Shown in pieces: positions 10,195 to 20,631 of a stretch of DNA of 64,000 bases. Made by a program: the position numbers and the translations under genes. Each line of letters starts with the position of its first letter. Within the stretch, counting starts at the first letter, position 1. This stretch comes from Draconibacterium sp. (GTDB lineage Bacteria; Bacteroidota; Bacteroidia; Bacteroidales; Prolixibacteraceae). Location of the stretch: assembly GCA_041737765.1 (NCBI GenBank), contig JBGSRA010000025.1, positions 95,208 to 159,207 on the forward strand, given 5' to 3'. The notes under the pieces were generated by a model, which searched no databases, was not told where the DNA came from, and saw only the letters and a program-made list of their open reading frames with translations.

Positions 10195-10715
10195 TATACA
10201 AGTATTCCGTAATTAATCCTGGTAAGTTCCCCAATCACCATTTCTTTACCATAAGAATCTCGTAATAAATCAATTGGCTTAAGATTACCCAACGCAAAAC
10301 TTGGAGTGTTTAACCAAAGTTTAAACTTTTCCATTTCACCAAATACATCTAATCCAATATTGGTAACTTCAGCCATTTCTATTATTTTTTCCGACTGGAT
10401 TGGTCTAAATTTTCGAGGTTGCTGTTTATACCTTTGCAGCGATTTAGTTGAAATTGATAAAAATTCAGACCATTCCTTTTCGCTAAAGGGCGTGTAATCC
10501 TGGATTCTGGAAAACAGGGAATAGGGCACTCCAACCCTGATTACATGTACAATCATCAATTTGTTCTTTAAAAATTCGGAATAGGTAATTTCGGAACCTG
10601 ATGGAATTAAATACCTGCTTTTATCAGAATGTTTAATTAATGATGATATTTCCTTATCCAGTTTCGCAATATTGATTTCTTCGCTCGTTTTCATTAAAAT
10701 GATATTTTCGGACAT
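10194..10715 (-). CDS. Xre/MbcA/ParS-type antitoxin
   Basis: HTH region (LSISTKSLQRY) and WLNTPSFALGNLKPIDLL..G C-terminus; coupled to the RES toxin. Confidence 0.88.
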   Translation of the reverse strand: MSENIILMKTSEEINIAKLDKEISSLIKHSDKSRYLIPSGSEITYSEFLKNKLMIVHVIRVGVPYSLFSRIQDYTPFSEKEWSEFLSISTKSLQRYKQQPRKFRPIQSEKIIEMAEVTNIGLDVFGEMEKFKLWLNTPSFALGNLKPIDLLRDSYGKEMVIGELTRINYGILV

Positions 10716-10825
10716 TTGTCTTCAAAATTAAGACATTTTTCGTATTTAACAAACTTTCTACTGAATAATTATAAACCATTGTTTTCCCTAAATTATTTTA
10801 ATTTTGGTCAGCAATTTTTGAATTT

Positions 10826-12220
10826 ATGGGACAATACCTCACAATAATTTTACTTTTTCTTACGGGCTTTGCCAACAGCCAGGGATTTGAAATAAACATA
10901 AAAATTGACTCGGCGGCAAACAAGCAGATTATATTGACTAATTATTATCTTGGTAGTATTTACAAAAAAGATTCTGTGCATTTAGATACCAAAGGATTTG
11001 GAACATTTAAAGCTGATACTTTACTACCACAGGGACTCTATAAAATCTATCTCGACGAAAACAATCACTTCGATTTTCTTTTGGGTGCCGACCAGAAATT
11101 TTCAATTTCGAAAACCAGTTTTAATTCACCCGAAATCAAAATAACCGGTTCTGTTGAATCGGAAGAATTTGCCAAATACACAGCTTTTCTTAAAAGTATG
11201 CAAACCAAAGGTGCTGAACTCAGCAAGAAAATGGAAAATGTTACTCCAGAAGAGAAATTGGCTTTACGAGCCGATTTGAACAAATTAACCACCGAATTAC
11301 AGGAATATTGGTTCAGGATAAAACAAGAATATCCAAATACCTTTCTTTCAGCATTTTTATTGGCGAATTATGTTCCACCATTAGATATTACAACCCTTCC
11401 GCAGGAAGTTCAGAAAAGCGATTCGCTGCTGTTAATTGCCCGTTTTAATTATCAAAAGGCACATTTCTGGGATTATTTTGATTATACCGATGAGCGTTTA
11501 CTATTTACTCCGCTTTACAAACCTAAATTGGAAACCTGGTTTACCAAAGTTTTATACCAAAACTACGATTCTGTAAAACCTCCGGTTTACCAGTTTATTG
11601 AAGATGTTCGATCCAGCAAACGAATTTTCCAGTTTGCAGTTTCCTGGTTTCTGAACTCAAGCATTAACAGCAACATTATGGGAATGGATGCGCTTTTTGT
11701 CGATTTGGCTAGAAGTTATTATTTAAACGGACAGGCTTTCTGGGCAACTGAGGAATCGTTAAAAAAAATAAGGGAAAACGTAATTTTTGCTGAAAACAAC
11801 CTGATTGGAAAAATGGCTCCAGATTTAACACTCGAAAATATCGACGGAGAATTTGTGAATCTTCATAAAATAAAATCGAAAATCACAGTTGTTTTAATTT
11901 ACGAGCCTGAATGTTCGCATTGCAAAGTGTTTGTACCGCAATTTCACAAAGATGTTTATCAGAAATACAAAGACAAAGGACTTGCTGTTTATGCCATTTA
12001 TTCAATGGCTGATAAGGAAGAATGGAACGAATTTTTAATTAAACACAATTTATACGACTGGATAAATGTGTGGGATGAAACACATATTTCGCAATTTAAA
12101 GTATTATACGATGCCCGAAAAACACCGGCAGTTTATATTTTGGATGAAAACAAAAAAATTATTGCCAAAGGAATGTCGGTCGAGCAAATCGATAATTTGA
12201 TGAAAATCCTGCTAAATTGA
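10826..12220 (+). CDS. Exported thioredoxin-like (TlpA/AhpC) domain protein, DUF5106-like
   Basis: Signal peptide; HFWD motif; C-terminal CSHC thioredoxin fold with TPAVYILD. Confidence 0.8.
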   Translation: MGQYLTIILLFLTGFANSQGFEINIKIDSAANKQIILTNYYLGSIYKKDSVHLDTKGFGTFKADTLLPQGLYKIYLDENNHFDFLLGADQKFSISKTSFNSPEIKITGSVESEEFAKYTAFLKSMQTKGAELSKKMENVTPEEKLALRADLNKLTTELQEYWFRIKQEYPNTFLSAFLLANYVPPLDITTLPQEVQKSDSLLLIARFNYQKAHFWDYFDYTDERLLFTPLYKPKLETWFTKVLYQNYDSVKPPVYQFIEDVRSSKRIFQFAVSWFLNSSINSNIMGMDALFVDLARSYYLNGQAFWATEESLKKIRENVIFAENNLIGKMAPDLTLENIDGEFVNLHKIKSKITVVLIYEPECSHCKVFVPQFHKDVYQKYKDKGLAVYAIYSMADKEEWNEFLIKHNLYDWINVWDETHISQFKVLYDARKTPAVYILDENKKIIAKGMSVEQIDNLMKILLN

Positions 12221-13873
12221 TTTTCGTTTTTTACCCGTTTGTGCCACAAGTTCAGTTGCCGCTGCAAGTGCCAAATCGAACGATGGAAAAATGTTTTCCT
12301 TACCAATGAGTTCATGAATTCCTGATTTTTTCAAATCCTCGCAAACCGCATCATTTACTCCTGAAAGTACAATTTTTGTTTCAGAGGCTTTTAAAATTTT
12401 TAAAGCTCCCTTGAAGTTGTGCAATCCGGTGGCATCAACAAAAGGTACATGCCGCATTCGAATGATGATAAGTTTACTTTCATAGCCCATCGACTTTAAA
12501 ACCTCGCAATACTCTTTTGCGGATGCAAAAAACAGAGGCCCACTGATTTCGTAAATCGCAATTCCCTTTGGTAGTTTCGAATAATCCTCAATAACATCTG
12601 AATCAATTGCAGGTGGAATTCCTTTTCCAAGATCAGCCATTCTTTTCATAAAAAGGACGGCGGAAAGCACAACTCCCACTTCGATAGCAACCGTTAAATC
12701 GACAAGTACGGTCAGGAAAAAAGTGGTTAATAAAACAAGAATATCGAAAACTGAACCTTTTAGTATGGAACGAAAAGTTCTCCACTCGCTCATATTGTAA
12801 GCTACGGTAATCAGAATCCCCGCGAGACTTGCCATGGGAATCAGTTTTACCCACCGGCCAAAAAACAACATAATTAAAAGCAAAGTGATTGCATGAATAA
12901 TGCCGGCAACCGGTGTTCGACCACCATTTTTCACATTTGTAGCAGTACGTGCAATTGCGCCGGTAGCGGGTATTCCACCAAAAAACGGAACAATTACATT
13001 GGCAATCCCCTGCCCTATCATTTCAGTATTCGATCGATGATTCCCGCCAATCATACCATCAGCTACCACTGCTGAAAGCAACGATTCAATTGCTCCAAGT
13101 AGCGCAATGGTTAGTGCCGGTTGAAAATAATATCCTAATTTTTCAAAATCAATTTTTGGAAATTCAAGATGAAAAGTATTGGGAATATCTCCAAAAAACG
13201 TTTCAATGGTGCTTACCGGAAGATTGAAAATCTGAACAGCAGCAGTTCCCAAAATAATTGCAATAATAGAGCCGGGAACTTTTTTTATGATATTCTTTGT
13301 GTATATCACCAATAACATGGTTACAATAGTAATTACAACCGCATAAATATTTATGGTTGAAAGATTTTCAAAATACACACTCCATTTGTGGATAAATTCT
13401 GCCGGAACTTTTTCGATTTCCAATCCAAGTGCATCTTTAATCTGGGTCGAAAAAATAACAATTGCAATACCGCTGGTAAAGCCTACAATGAGTGGGTGTG
13501 GAAAATATTTCAGAAGTGTTCCAAGTCGCAGCAATCCGAAAATTATCAGTAAAAATCCGGCCAAAATTGTAGAAATCAATAGTCCGTCGAATCCGTACTG
13601 CGAAAGAATGGAAAAAACAATTACGATAAATGCTCCGGTCGGACCAGCAATCTGTACCCGGCTGCCTCCCAAAACAGAAACAATTAATCCTGCAACAACT
13701 GCAGTAATCAAACCCTTTTCGGGCGAAACACCTGATGCTACGGCAAACGCAATTGCAAGCGGCAATGCAACTATTCCCACAACGATTCCGGCCATCAAAT
13801 CACCTGAGAATTGTTTGCGGGTGTAACCTTCTTTAAGAACACTAAAGAATTTGGGTTTGAATATAGAATTCAT
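12212..13873 (-). CDS. SulP family anion transporter with STAS domain
   Basis: GIVVGIVALPLAIAF, GPTGAF, GAIARTATN motifs and STAS (GPLFF, DATG). Probable start MNSIFK at 13873. Confidence 0.92.
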   Translation of the reverse strand: MNSIFKPKFFSVLKEGYTRKQFSGDLMAGIVVGIVALPLAIAFAVASGVSPEKGLITAVVAGLIVSVLGGSRVQIAGPTGAFIVIVFSILSQYGFDGLLISTILAGFLLIIFGLLRLGTLLKYFPHPLIVGFTSGIAIVIFSTQIKDALGLEIEKVPAEFIHKWSVYFENLSTINIYAVVITIVTMLLVIYTKNIIKKVPGSIIAIILGTAAVQIFNLPVSTIETFFGDIPNTFHLEFPKIDFEKLGYYFQPALTIALLGAIESLLSAVVADGMIGGNHRSNTEMIGQGIANVIVPFFGGIPATGAIARTATNVKNGGRTPVAGIIHAITLLLIMLFFGRWVKLIPMASLAGILITVAYNMSEWRTFRSILKGSVFDILVLLTTFFLTVLVDLTVAIEVGVVLSAVLFMKRMADLGKGIPPAIDSDVIEDYSKLPKGIAIYEISGPLFFASAKEYCEVLKSMGYESKLIIIRMRHVPFVDATGLHNFKGALKILKASETKIVLSGVNDAVCEDLKKSGIHELIGKENIFPSFDLALAAATELVAQTGKKRKSI

Positions 13874-14126
13874 TTGAAATGATTTTGAAATATCGCGCAA
13901 AACTACACGATTTATATTTTTAAAACGATTCAACATCATTTTAAATATCAATGTTATCTCAAAGTAAACCGCGAAATACTGCCTGATAATAAATTAAAAA
14001 GTGCTTCAATGCCTTAAAATTGAGGACTTAAAGCAATTCTGTACACTGACCGTTGCAAAAAAAACTGAAATTCATTTCTATTGGTTGAGAATAATGTATT
14101 TTTAACGGTGTTAAAAATATGATATA

Positions 14127-16106
14127 ATGTCGGTTGTTTTGCCACTATTATTTATTGTTTGTATCAGTCTGTTTTTCGTTCCAAAGAAATTTCAGTTTTA
14201 TGTTACATTGGCTACCGACCTTGTTTTGATTGCCTTTTCAGGTTATCTCGCTATCCAATCCTTTAACTCTTCAGAACCTCTTCAAATTAGTTTCACCCAT
14301 TTTTACGGAGCTGAAATATTGCGGGTAATCGACCGTATTTCGGCTTTTTTCATTTTGGTAGTTAACCTCATTGTTTTGGCTGGTATTCTCTATTCAAAAG
14401 GTTATTTAGCTCCATATATCAGCAAAAAAAATAAAACCGAATTCGGTTTGCATCATTTCAGTTTGTTGATGCTTCACCTGTCGATGCTGTTTGTGTTAAC
14501 ACTACGCGAAGGAATCAGCTTCCTGATTGCCTGGGAAGTGATGTCTGTTGCTACTTTCTTTTTAATTCTGTTTGAGTCAGAAGTTAAACAAACCGTTAAA
14601 GCAGCCATTCAGTTTATTATTCAAATGCACATTGCTTTTGTATTTATCATTGTTGCTTTTCTGATTGCTTCGATAACTACCGGCGAACCAATTGGTTTTG
14701 ATAGTCTTGAAAATTACTTCAGAACTCAGCCCGTTTTACCACTGTTTCTGCTGTTTTTTGCAGGATTCGGAATCAAAGCCGGGTTCATTCCGCTGCATAC
14801 CTGGTTGCCACACGCCCACCCTGCCGCACCTTCGCACATTTCGGGAATCATGAGCGGCGTAATCATAAAAATGGGGATTTACGGAATTGTTCGGGTGCTG
14901 ACTTTTATTCATACCGATTTATACATTATTGGGCTTTTTCTGCTGATTATCTCTTTCATTTCGGGTGCACTGGGCGTTACGCTGGCCATTGTTCAGCACG
15001 ATTTTAAAAAACTGCTGGCCTACCACAGCATCGAAAATATTGGAATCATCGGGATGGGAATTGGTGTTGGAGTGATTGGTCTGGCTCTTGAAAATCCTAC
15101 ACTCGCGGTTTTGGGTTTTGCCGGCGGATTCCTGCACATCCTCAACCACGCCTTATTCAAATCTCTTTTGTTTTTCGCTGCCGGAAATATTTATAGCCAA
15201 ACTCACACCAGAAACATTGAGAAATTAGGTGGATTAATCAAGAAGATGCCGAAAACCGCATTTTTCTTTTTGCTGGGGTCGGTCGCTATTTCCGGCTTAC
15301 CGCCGTTTAACGGTTTTATTTCTGAATTTCTGATTTACGTTGGCATGTTTAAGGAACTGCACACCGGAGATTTATCTTTGAGTCAGATTTTGCTTGGCGG
15401 AATTGTGGGACTTGTGCTGATTGGCGGTCTGGCATTGTATTGTTTCACCAAGGTTTTCAGCATTATTTTCCTGGGCAACCCACGAAGCAACAAAACAGAA
15501 CATGCCAAAGAAGTGGAGGGAAGTATGCTTTTTCCGAAATTCATCATCGGCTTTTTTATTGTATTTATTGGCGTTTTACCCGTTTTTGTATTGAAACCGC
15601 TGGCAGGTGTAGTTTCGGTTTTCACACCCGATGTTACTGCGCTGACCGACATTGCTCCATCGATTCAGGGAATCTCGGTTTCGCTCGGGGTTTTTATTCT
15701 GATGATTGCAGGAATGTGGTTCATCAGGAAAATGGCAACCAAAAACAAAACGGTTGAAACCGGCCCAACCTGGGGTTGCGCGTACACCGGGGCAGAACCG
15801 GCGGTTCATCAGTACACCTCAACATCTTATGCCGATTATATTGAAAACCTGGCCAAATATATAACCGGCAGCCGAAAACATTACAAACCCATTGAAAAAG
15901 ACGAAATGTTTCCCGAACCTCGAACTTTCGAAACACACGCAACAGATATTTTTGAAGATTTCCTGGTAACGAAACCAACCGGAAAATTGCTGCAATTCCT
16001 TGAAAAGATTGCGGTTTTTCAAACTGGAAATCTACAGCATTATTTGCTGTACGCAATCGTGTTCATGGCGCTCATCCTGTTGTTAACGATTTTAAATTTG
16101 CTGTAA
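14127..16106 (+). CDS. hyfB: HyfB-like antiporter-type membrane subunit of Ehr complex
   Basis: KAGFIPLHTWLPHAHPAAPS, KKLLAYHSIENIG and SGLPPFNGFISE motifs. Confidence 0.88.
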   Translation: MSVVLPLLFIVCISLFFVPKKFQFYVTLATDLVLIAFSGYLAIQSFNSSEPLQISFTHFYGAEILRVIDRISAFFILVVNLIVLAGILYSKGYLAPYISKKNKTEFGLHHFSLLMLHLSMLFVLTLREGISFLIAWEVMSVATFFLILFESEVKQTVKAAIQFIIQMHIAFVFIIVAFLIASITTGEPIGFDSLENYFRTQPVLPLFLLFFAGFGIKAGFIPLHTWLPHAHPAAPSHISGIMSGVIIKMGIYGIVRVLTFIHTDLYIIGLFLLIISFISGALGVTLAIVQHDFKKLLAYHSIENIGIIGMGIGVGVIGLALENPTLAVLGFAGGFLHILNHALFKSLLFFAAGNIYSQTHTRNIEKLGGLIKKMPKTAFFFLLGSVAISGLPPFNGFISEFLIYVGMFKELHTGDLSLSQILLGGIVGLVLIGGLALYCFTKVFSIIFLGNPRSNKTEHAKEVEGSMLFPKFIIGFFIVFIGVLPVFVLKPLAGVVSVFTPDVTALTDIAPSIQGISVSLGVFILMIAGMWFIRKMATKNKTVETGPTWGCAYTGAEPAVHQYTSTSYADYIENLAKYITGSRKHYKPIEKDEMFPEPRTFETHATDIFEDFLVTKPTGKLLQFLEKIAVFQTGNLQHYLLYAIVFMALILLLTILNLL

Positions 16107-16107
16107 C

Positions 16108-17028
16108 ATGATATTAAATCCGCTGGTAATCATATTGGTAAGTCTTGTTTTTCCGGGAGTAATTGCCCTTACAAAAGCAAGAATAGCCGGACGGAAAGGA
16201 GCTTCTGTATTGCAACCTTTTTTCGATAATATCCGGTTGTTCCGCAAAGGAAATGTTTTCAGCACAACCACAAGCTGGATTTTTCAGGCAGCCCCGGTCG
16301 TCTATTTTTCTACTGTTTTTATGGCTTTGCTTTTTATCCCACTCGGAAAACAACCTGCCATTTTTTCGTTTGAGGGCGATTTTGTATTGTTTGCTTTCCT
16401 GCTGGCTTTAGGGAAATTTATGATGATTGCTGCGGCCATGGACACCGGCAGCAGTTTTGAAGGAATGGGCGCCAACCGCGAAGCATTCTACTCGTTGCTG
16501 GTTGAACCTGCCTTTTTTATCGTCATCGCTTCGATGGCGTTGCTTACCAACCACACTTCGTTTTACGATTTGTTTAACAACCTGCACATCGAATCGCAAC
16601 TTTCATACTTAATCGCCATTTTGTCTGTTTACATTTTTTTGTGGATTGCCATGGTCGAAAACAGCCGCTTGCCGGTTGACGACCCAAAAACCCATCTCGA
16701 ATTAACAATGGTTCACGAAGTAATGGTACTGGATTTCAGCGGATTCGACCTTGCCCTGATTCAGCTGGCCAACGGATTGAAATTTGCCATTTACGGCGCA
16801 CTGATTTTCAATTTCGTGTTACCGATGCAGGATTATTTTGCCGCACAACTAGTCTTCTTTTTTATGGTTGAATTCATTTTTGCCATTTCCGTTGGTGCTC
16901 TGGAATCATTCAGGGCGCGGAACAAAATGGCCAAAAACGCGCAGTGGATTATTTCGCTGACTGCGCTTGCAATTTTAGGATTTCTGTCGGTATTGATTAT
17001 TACCGGAAAAATAATTTTAATGAATTGA
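16108..17028 (+). CDS. hyfC: HyfC/NuoH-like membrane subunit
   Basis: GRKGASVLQP and ENSRLPVDDPKTHLELTMVHE motifs. Confidence 0.88.
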   Translation: MILNPLVIILVSLVFPGVIALTKARIAGRKGASVLQPFFDNIRLFRKGNVFSTTTSWIFQAAPVVYFSTVFMALLFIPLGKQPAIFSFEGDFVLFAFLLALGKFMMIAAAMDTGSSFEGMGANREAFYSLLVEPAFFIVIASMALLTNHTSFYDLFNNLHIESQLSYLIAILSVYIFLWIAMVENSRLPVDDPKTHLELTMVHEVMVLDFSGFDLALIQLANGLKFAIYGALIFNFVLPMQDYFAAQLVFFFMVEFIFAISVGALESFRARNKMAKNAQWIISLTALAILGFLSVLIITGKIILMN

Positions 17029-17029
17029 T

Positions 17030-17659
17030 ATGGTAATCGTTTTAATTGTTTTGTTCGCCGCAACCCTGGTTTACTTTTTCCTTTCCGAAAGGGTGTCCAA
17101 TTTTATCTGGCTGCTTTCGGTTCAGGGGGCGCTTTTGTTTGGAATTGCTTTTAACAATCTTATCCATATTCAAACTTTGGGACTGATAGTGATTCTGCTC
17201 GAAACGCTGATTGTAAAAGCGATTGTAATTCCGTGGTTTTTAAACCGGTTGCGCCACAAAAACCAGTTAAAAAGAGTTCACGAAAGTAAAGTGCCGGTAT
17301 TTTATTCGCTCATTATCATTTCGGCGGTTTTGATTGGTTGCTTTTTAATGAGTTACACCATTGATAATGAAGTTATTCAACTGCGGTTTTTTACTGTGGC
17401 GCTGGCAACCGTGATTGGCGGAATGTATTTTATCATCATCCATAAAAATATTTTCAGTCACCTCGTGGGTTTTTTAATTATCGAGAACGGCGCTTTTTTG
17501 CTGTCGCTTGCCGTGGGTGGCGACATGCCTTTCCTGGTTAGTCTTGCAGTTTTGTTAGACGTGCTGATTGCGGTTTTGGTTATTGGTGTTTTTATGAATA
17601 AGGTGAGGGATACTTTTGATACAATTTCGGCAAGTAATCTAAGCCAGCTAAAAGATTAA
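17030..17659 (+). CDS. hyfE: HyfE-like membrane subunit
   Basis: VKAIVIPWFL and GFLIIENG motifs; position in operon. Confidence 0.82.
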   Translation: MVIVLIVLFAATLVYFFLSERVSNFIWLLSVQGALLFGIAFNNLIHIQTLGLIVILLETLIVKAIVIPWFLNRLRHKNQLKRVHESKVPVFYSLIIISAVLIGCFLMSYTIDNEVIQLRFFTVALATVIGGMYFIIIHKNIFSHLVGFLIIENGAFLLSLAVGGDMPFLVSLAVLLDVLIAVLVIGVFMNKVRDTFDTISASNLSQLKD

Positions 17660-17665
17660 CAGACT

Positions 17666-19090
17666 ATGATTTTACCATTTTTTGGAATATCGCTGATACT
17701 CAGCCTGCTGATTTTTCTGTTTCCAAACAGAATTATCATGGCAGCAGGAAGCATAATATTTGTGATACTTCATTGTTTGTTAACCGTTAACGCATTCGAA
17801 AACCTGAATTCATTTGATACGGCTTATTTCCAATTCGACAGTCTGTCTGTTTTGTTAAACGCACTGCTGAGCATTTTACTGATTCCAACCATTTTCCATT
17901 CAAATCTATACTTTAAACGGCATGTAAACGATGTAAAAAACGAATCCCGTTTTGCAGCCACCATGATAATACTTTCCACTGCAATTTCCTCGGTTTATTT
18001 TGCCGAAAACATTGTGGTAATGTGGGTCAGCATCGAGGCAACCACGCTGTGTATGACTTTTCTGATTTTCCATAATCGTTACGAAACTCCGCTCGAAGCA
18101 GCGTGGAAATATCTTTTCCTTTCATCGGTAGGAATTGCCATTGCCTTTCTGGGAATATTGATTCTGGCAACACAGGCAACTTCACCCGAAGGTGCCAATC
18201 TTTCAGTTTCTTATCTAGCATCGGTAGCACCAAAAATGGACCCGTTTTTTCTGAAAACAGCTTTCGTGCTGATACTTACCGGATACAGTGCAAAGCTGAA
18301 CGTTTTTCCGTTTTATGCCGGAACCATCGACGCCAAAACAGTTGCGCCGTCACCTGTGAATGCCATTTTTTCAACGGCCATGTTAAACGCAGGTTTTGTT
18401 GCCATCTTCAGGATGTATACTATTATTAATCAAACACCACTGAATTCGTGGGCGCAAAATGTTTTTCTTGTAACAGGGTTAATCAGCATTTCGCTGGCAA
18501 CCATTCAGTTATTCCGAATTAAAAGATATAAACGGATGTTTGCCTTTTCGAGCATGGAACATATTGCGCTTATCCTCATCGCCTTTTCGGTAGGCAAAGT
18601 TGGGTATTATGCTGCACTGCTGCACCTCATTTTTCATACACTCATCAAAGGAGGATTGTTCTTTCAGTTTGGGCAGGTGCGTGCATTTTTTCACAGTGGA
18701 TGGATAAAAGATACAGGCGCTTATTTGAAGTTGAACGGAACCGGGGCGCTGGCATTTTTACTCGGAATTATTTCGATTACTGCAATTCCTCCATCCGGTC
18801 TGTTTATAACTGAGTACATGATTTTTAAGGCACTTTTTTCAAGCGGCTACATTGCAACGGCCATCGCTGTTTTAATCATGTTGACCATTATTCTGTACAT
18901 CGTTATTTCAAAAACAATGCACCTGCTTTTTGCCGAACTGCCTGAGAATTTCAAACCCGAGGCTGTTTTTGCCAATCGCTTTGAACCTGTTTCTCAGTTC
19001 ATTTTGTTTTTCGCGGTTATTTACATGGGATTTAATCCGCCGCCCATTTTAACCGAATTGATTAATCAAACCATTCAACTTTTAAATTAA
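17666..19090 (+). CDS. hyfF: HyfF-like antiporter-type subunit
   Basis: WVSIEATT, EAAWKY, APSPVNA and KRMFAFSSMEH motifs. Confidence 0.85.
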   Translation: MILPFFGISLILSLLIFLFPNRIIMAAGSIIFVILHCLLTVNAFENLNSFDTAYFQFDSLSVLLNALLSILLIPTIFHSNLYFKRHVNDVKNESRFAATMIILSTAISSVYFAENIVVMWVSIEATTLCMTFLIFHNRYETPLEAAWKYLFLSSVGIAIAFLGILILATQATSPEGANLSVSYLASVAPKMDPFFLKTAFVLILTGYSAKLNVFPFYAGTIDAKTVAPSPVNAIFSTAMLNAGFVAIFRMYTIINQTPLNSWAQNVFLVTGLISISLATIQLFRIKRYKRMFAFSSMEHIALILIAFSVGKVGYYAALLHLIFHTLIKGGLFFQFGQVRAFFHSGWIKDTGAYLKLNGTGALAFLLGIISITAIPPSGLFITEYMIFKALFSSGYIATAIAVLIMLTIILYIVISKTMHLLFAELPENFKPEAVFANRFEPVSQFILFFAVIYMGFNPPPILTELINQTIQLLN

Positions 19091-19096
19091 CGCGAA

Positions 19097-20620
19097 ATGG
19101 TTGCTGAAAACAAAAAATATTGCATTATTCAAAATAACGAATCCATTGAAATCGAATCGGTTCCGGTACTCAGTTATGCCGAATTCAGTTCCGAAATAGT
19201 TGAATTGCTGAAGCAATACGAAAATCACTGTGTATCTTATTTTGCTTTTCCACAAACCGATGGACTGAAATTTTTTGCAGCAATTGCAAACGACACAATC
19301 CACAGGATTTTTGTTTTATCTCATTTTTTATCAAAAACCAATAAACAGGAATTAGCTTCAATCACACCTCAAATCAACGCAATTCATATTTTCGAACGCG
19401 AAATTCATGAGAATTTCGGGGTCGGTTTTCCCGGACACCCGTGGTTAAAACCGGTTCGGTTTGCACACAATCGTTTCAATAAAAACCTAAAAGTCAACGA
19501 TTATCCGTTTTATAAAATCGAAAGCGAGGAATTGCACGAAGTGGGTGTTGGCCCAGTCCACGCCGGAATTATCGAGCCGGGACATTTCAGGTTTATTTGT
19601 AATGGTGAACAGGTTCTGCACCTCGAAATCCAACTGGGTTGGCAGCACCGCGGAGTGGAACAAACCATGCTCGAAAAACAAACTTTATTGCAACGAAATA
19701 TTGTTGCTGAGTCAGTTGCAGGAGACACAACTGTTGGTCACAGTTTGGCTTTTGCCAACTTGATGGAATCGCTTGCAGGAATTGAAACAAACACACAGCT
19801 CGATATTGAACGCGCCATCGCACTTGAATTGGAGCGAATTGCTGTTCATACTGCCGATATTTCGGCGCTATGTACTGATGTAGCTTACAGTCTTGGCGCT
19901 AATATTTTCGGAATACTACGTACTGCGATAATTAACCAAACCCAGTCGTGGTGCGGCAACCGGCTTGGAAAAGGAATGATTCGTGTTGGCGGCACACATC
20001 ATCCGCTTACCAGTGAAATCAAAAACCAGATATTGGAAACCCTGTCAAAATTCGAAAAACAGTTCGTCGAACTGGCACATCTCACTTACCGTTTACCGAG
20101 TCTGGAAAACCGTTTCGACGAAATTGGGGCAGTTACCGAACAGCAAATGCGGAAAATCGGGGCAGTTGGGATGGTTGCACGAATGGCCAATGTTCCTCGC
20201 GATATCAGGGCTTCACATCCTTCAGAAGCATACAAAAAATACCCATACAATCCGGTAATTCTGCCAAAAGGCGATGTTTTTTCTCGCTTTTTGCTGCGCC
20301 GGAAAGAGATTAAACAATCCATCGCCTGGATTCGGGAAGTATTTAAAAATGAAGATTTTCAGGTTTCATCTCCATCTCCGGTATCAGAAGTTGTTTTAAA
20401 ACCAAACAGTCTCTCCATTTCACTGGTGGAAGGATGGCGGGGTGAAATTTGCCATGCAGCAGTTACCGACAAAAACGGGAAACTGGTGCATTACAAAATC
20501 AAAGACCCGTCGATGCACAACTGGAAAGCGCTGGAACTCTCGCTGCGAAACCTTGAAATTTCAGATTTCCCCATCAACAACAAAAGTTACAATTTAAGTT
20601 ACTGCGGTTTCGACCTTTAA
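19097..20620 (+). CDS. HyfG/HycE-like large subunit (NuoC+NuoD fusion) lacking NiFe-binding cysteines (Ehr type)
   Basis: FEREIHE..GHP, VGPVHAGIIEPGHFRF and HRGVE motifs. The L1 site reads AESVAGDTTVGH and the L2 site reads NKSYNLSYCGFDL; neither has CxxC. Confidence 0.88.
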   Translation: MVAENKKYCIIQNNESIEIESVPVLSYAEFSSEIVELLKQYENHCVSYFAFPQTDGLKFFAAIANDTIHRIFVLSHFLSKTNKQELASITPQINAIHIFEREIHENFGVGFPGHPWLKPVRFAHNRFNKNLKVNDYPFYKIESEELHEVGVGPVHAGIIEPGHFRFICNGEQVLHLEIQLGWQHRGVEQTMLEKQTLLQRNIVAESVAGDTTVGHSLAFANLMESLAGIETNTQLDIERAIALELERIAVHTADISALCTDVAYSLGANIFGILRTAIINQTQSWCGNRLGKGMIRVGGTHHPLTSEIKNQILETLSKFEKQFVELAHLTYRLPSLENRFDEIGAVTEQQMRKIGAVGMVARMANVPRDIRASHPSEAYKKYPYNPVILPKGDVFSRFLLRRKEIKQSIAWIREVFKNEDFQVSSPSPVSEVVLKPNSLSISLVEGWRGEICHAAVTDKNGKLVHYKIKDPSMHNWKALELSLRNLEISDFPINNKSYNLSYCGFDL

Positions 20621-20631
20621 AAGTTTGAAAA

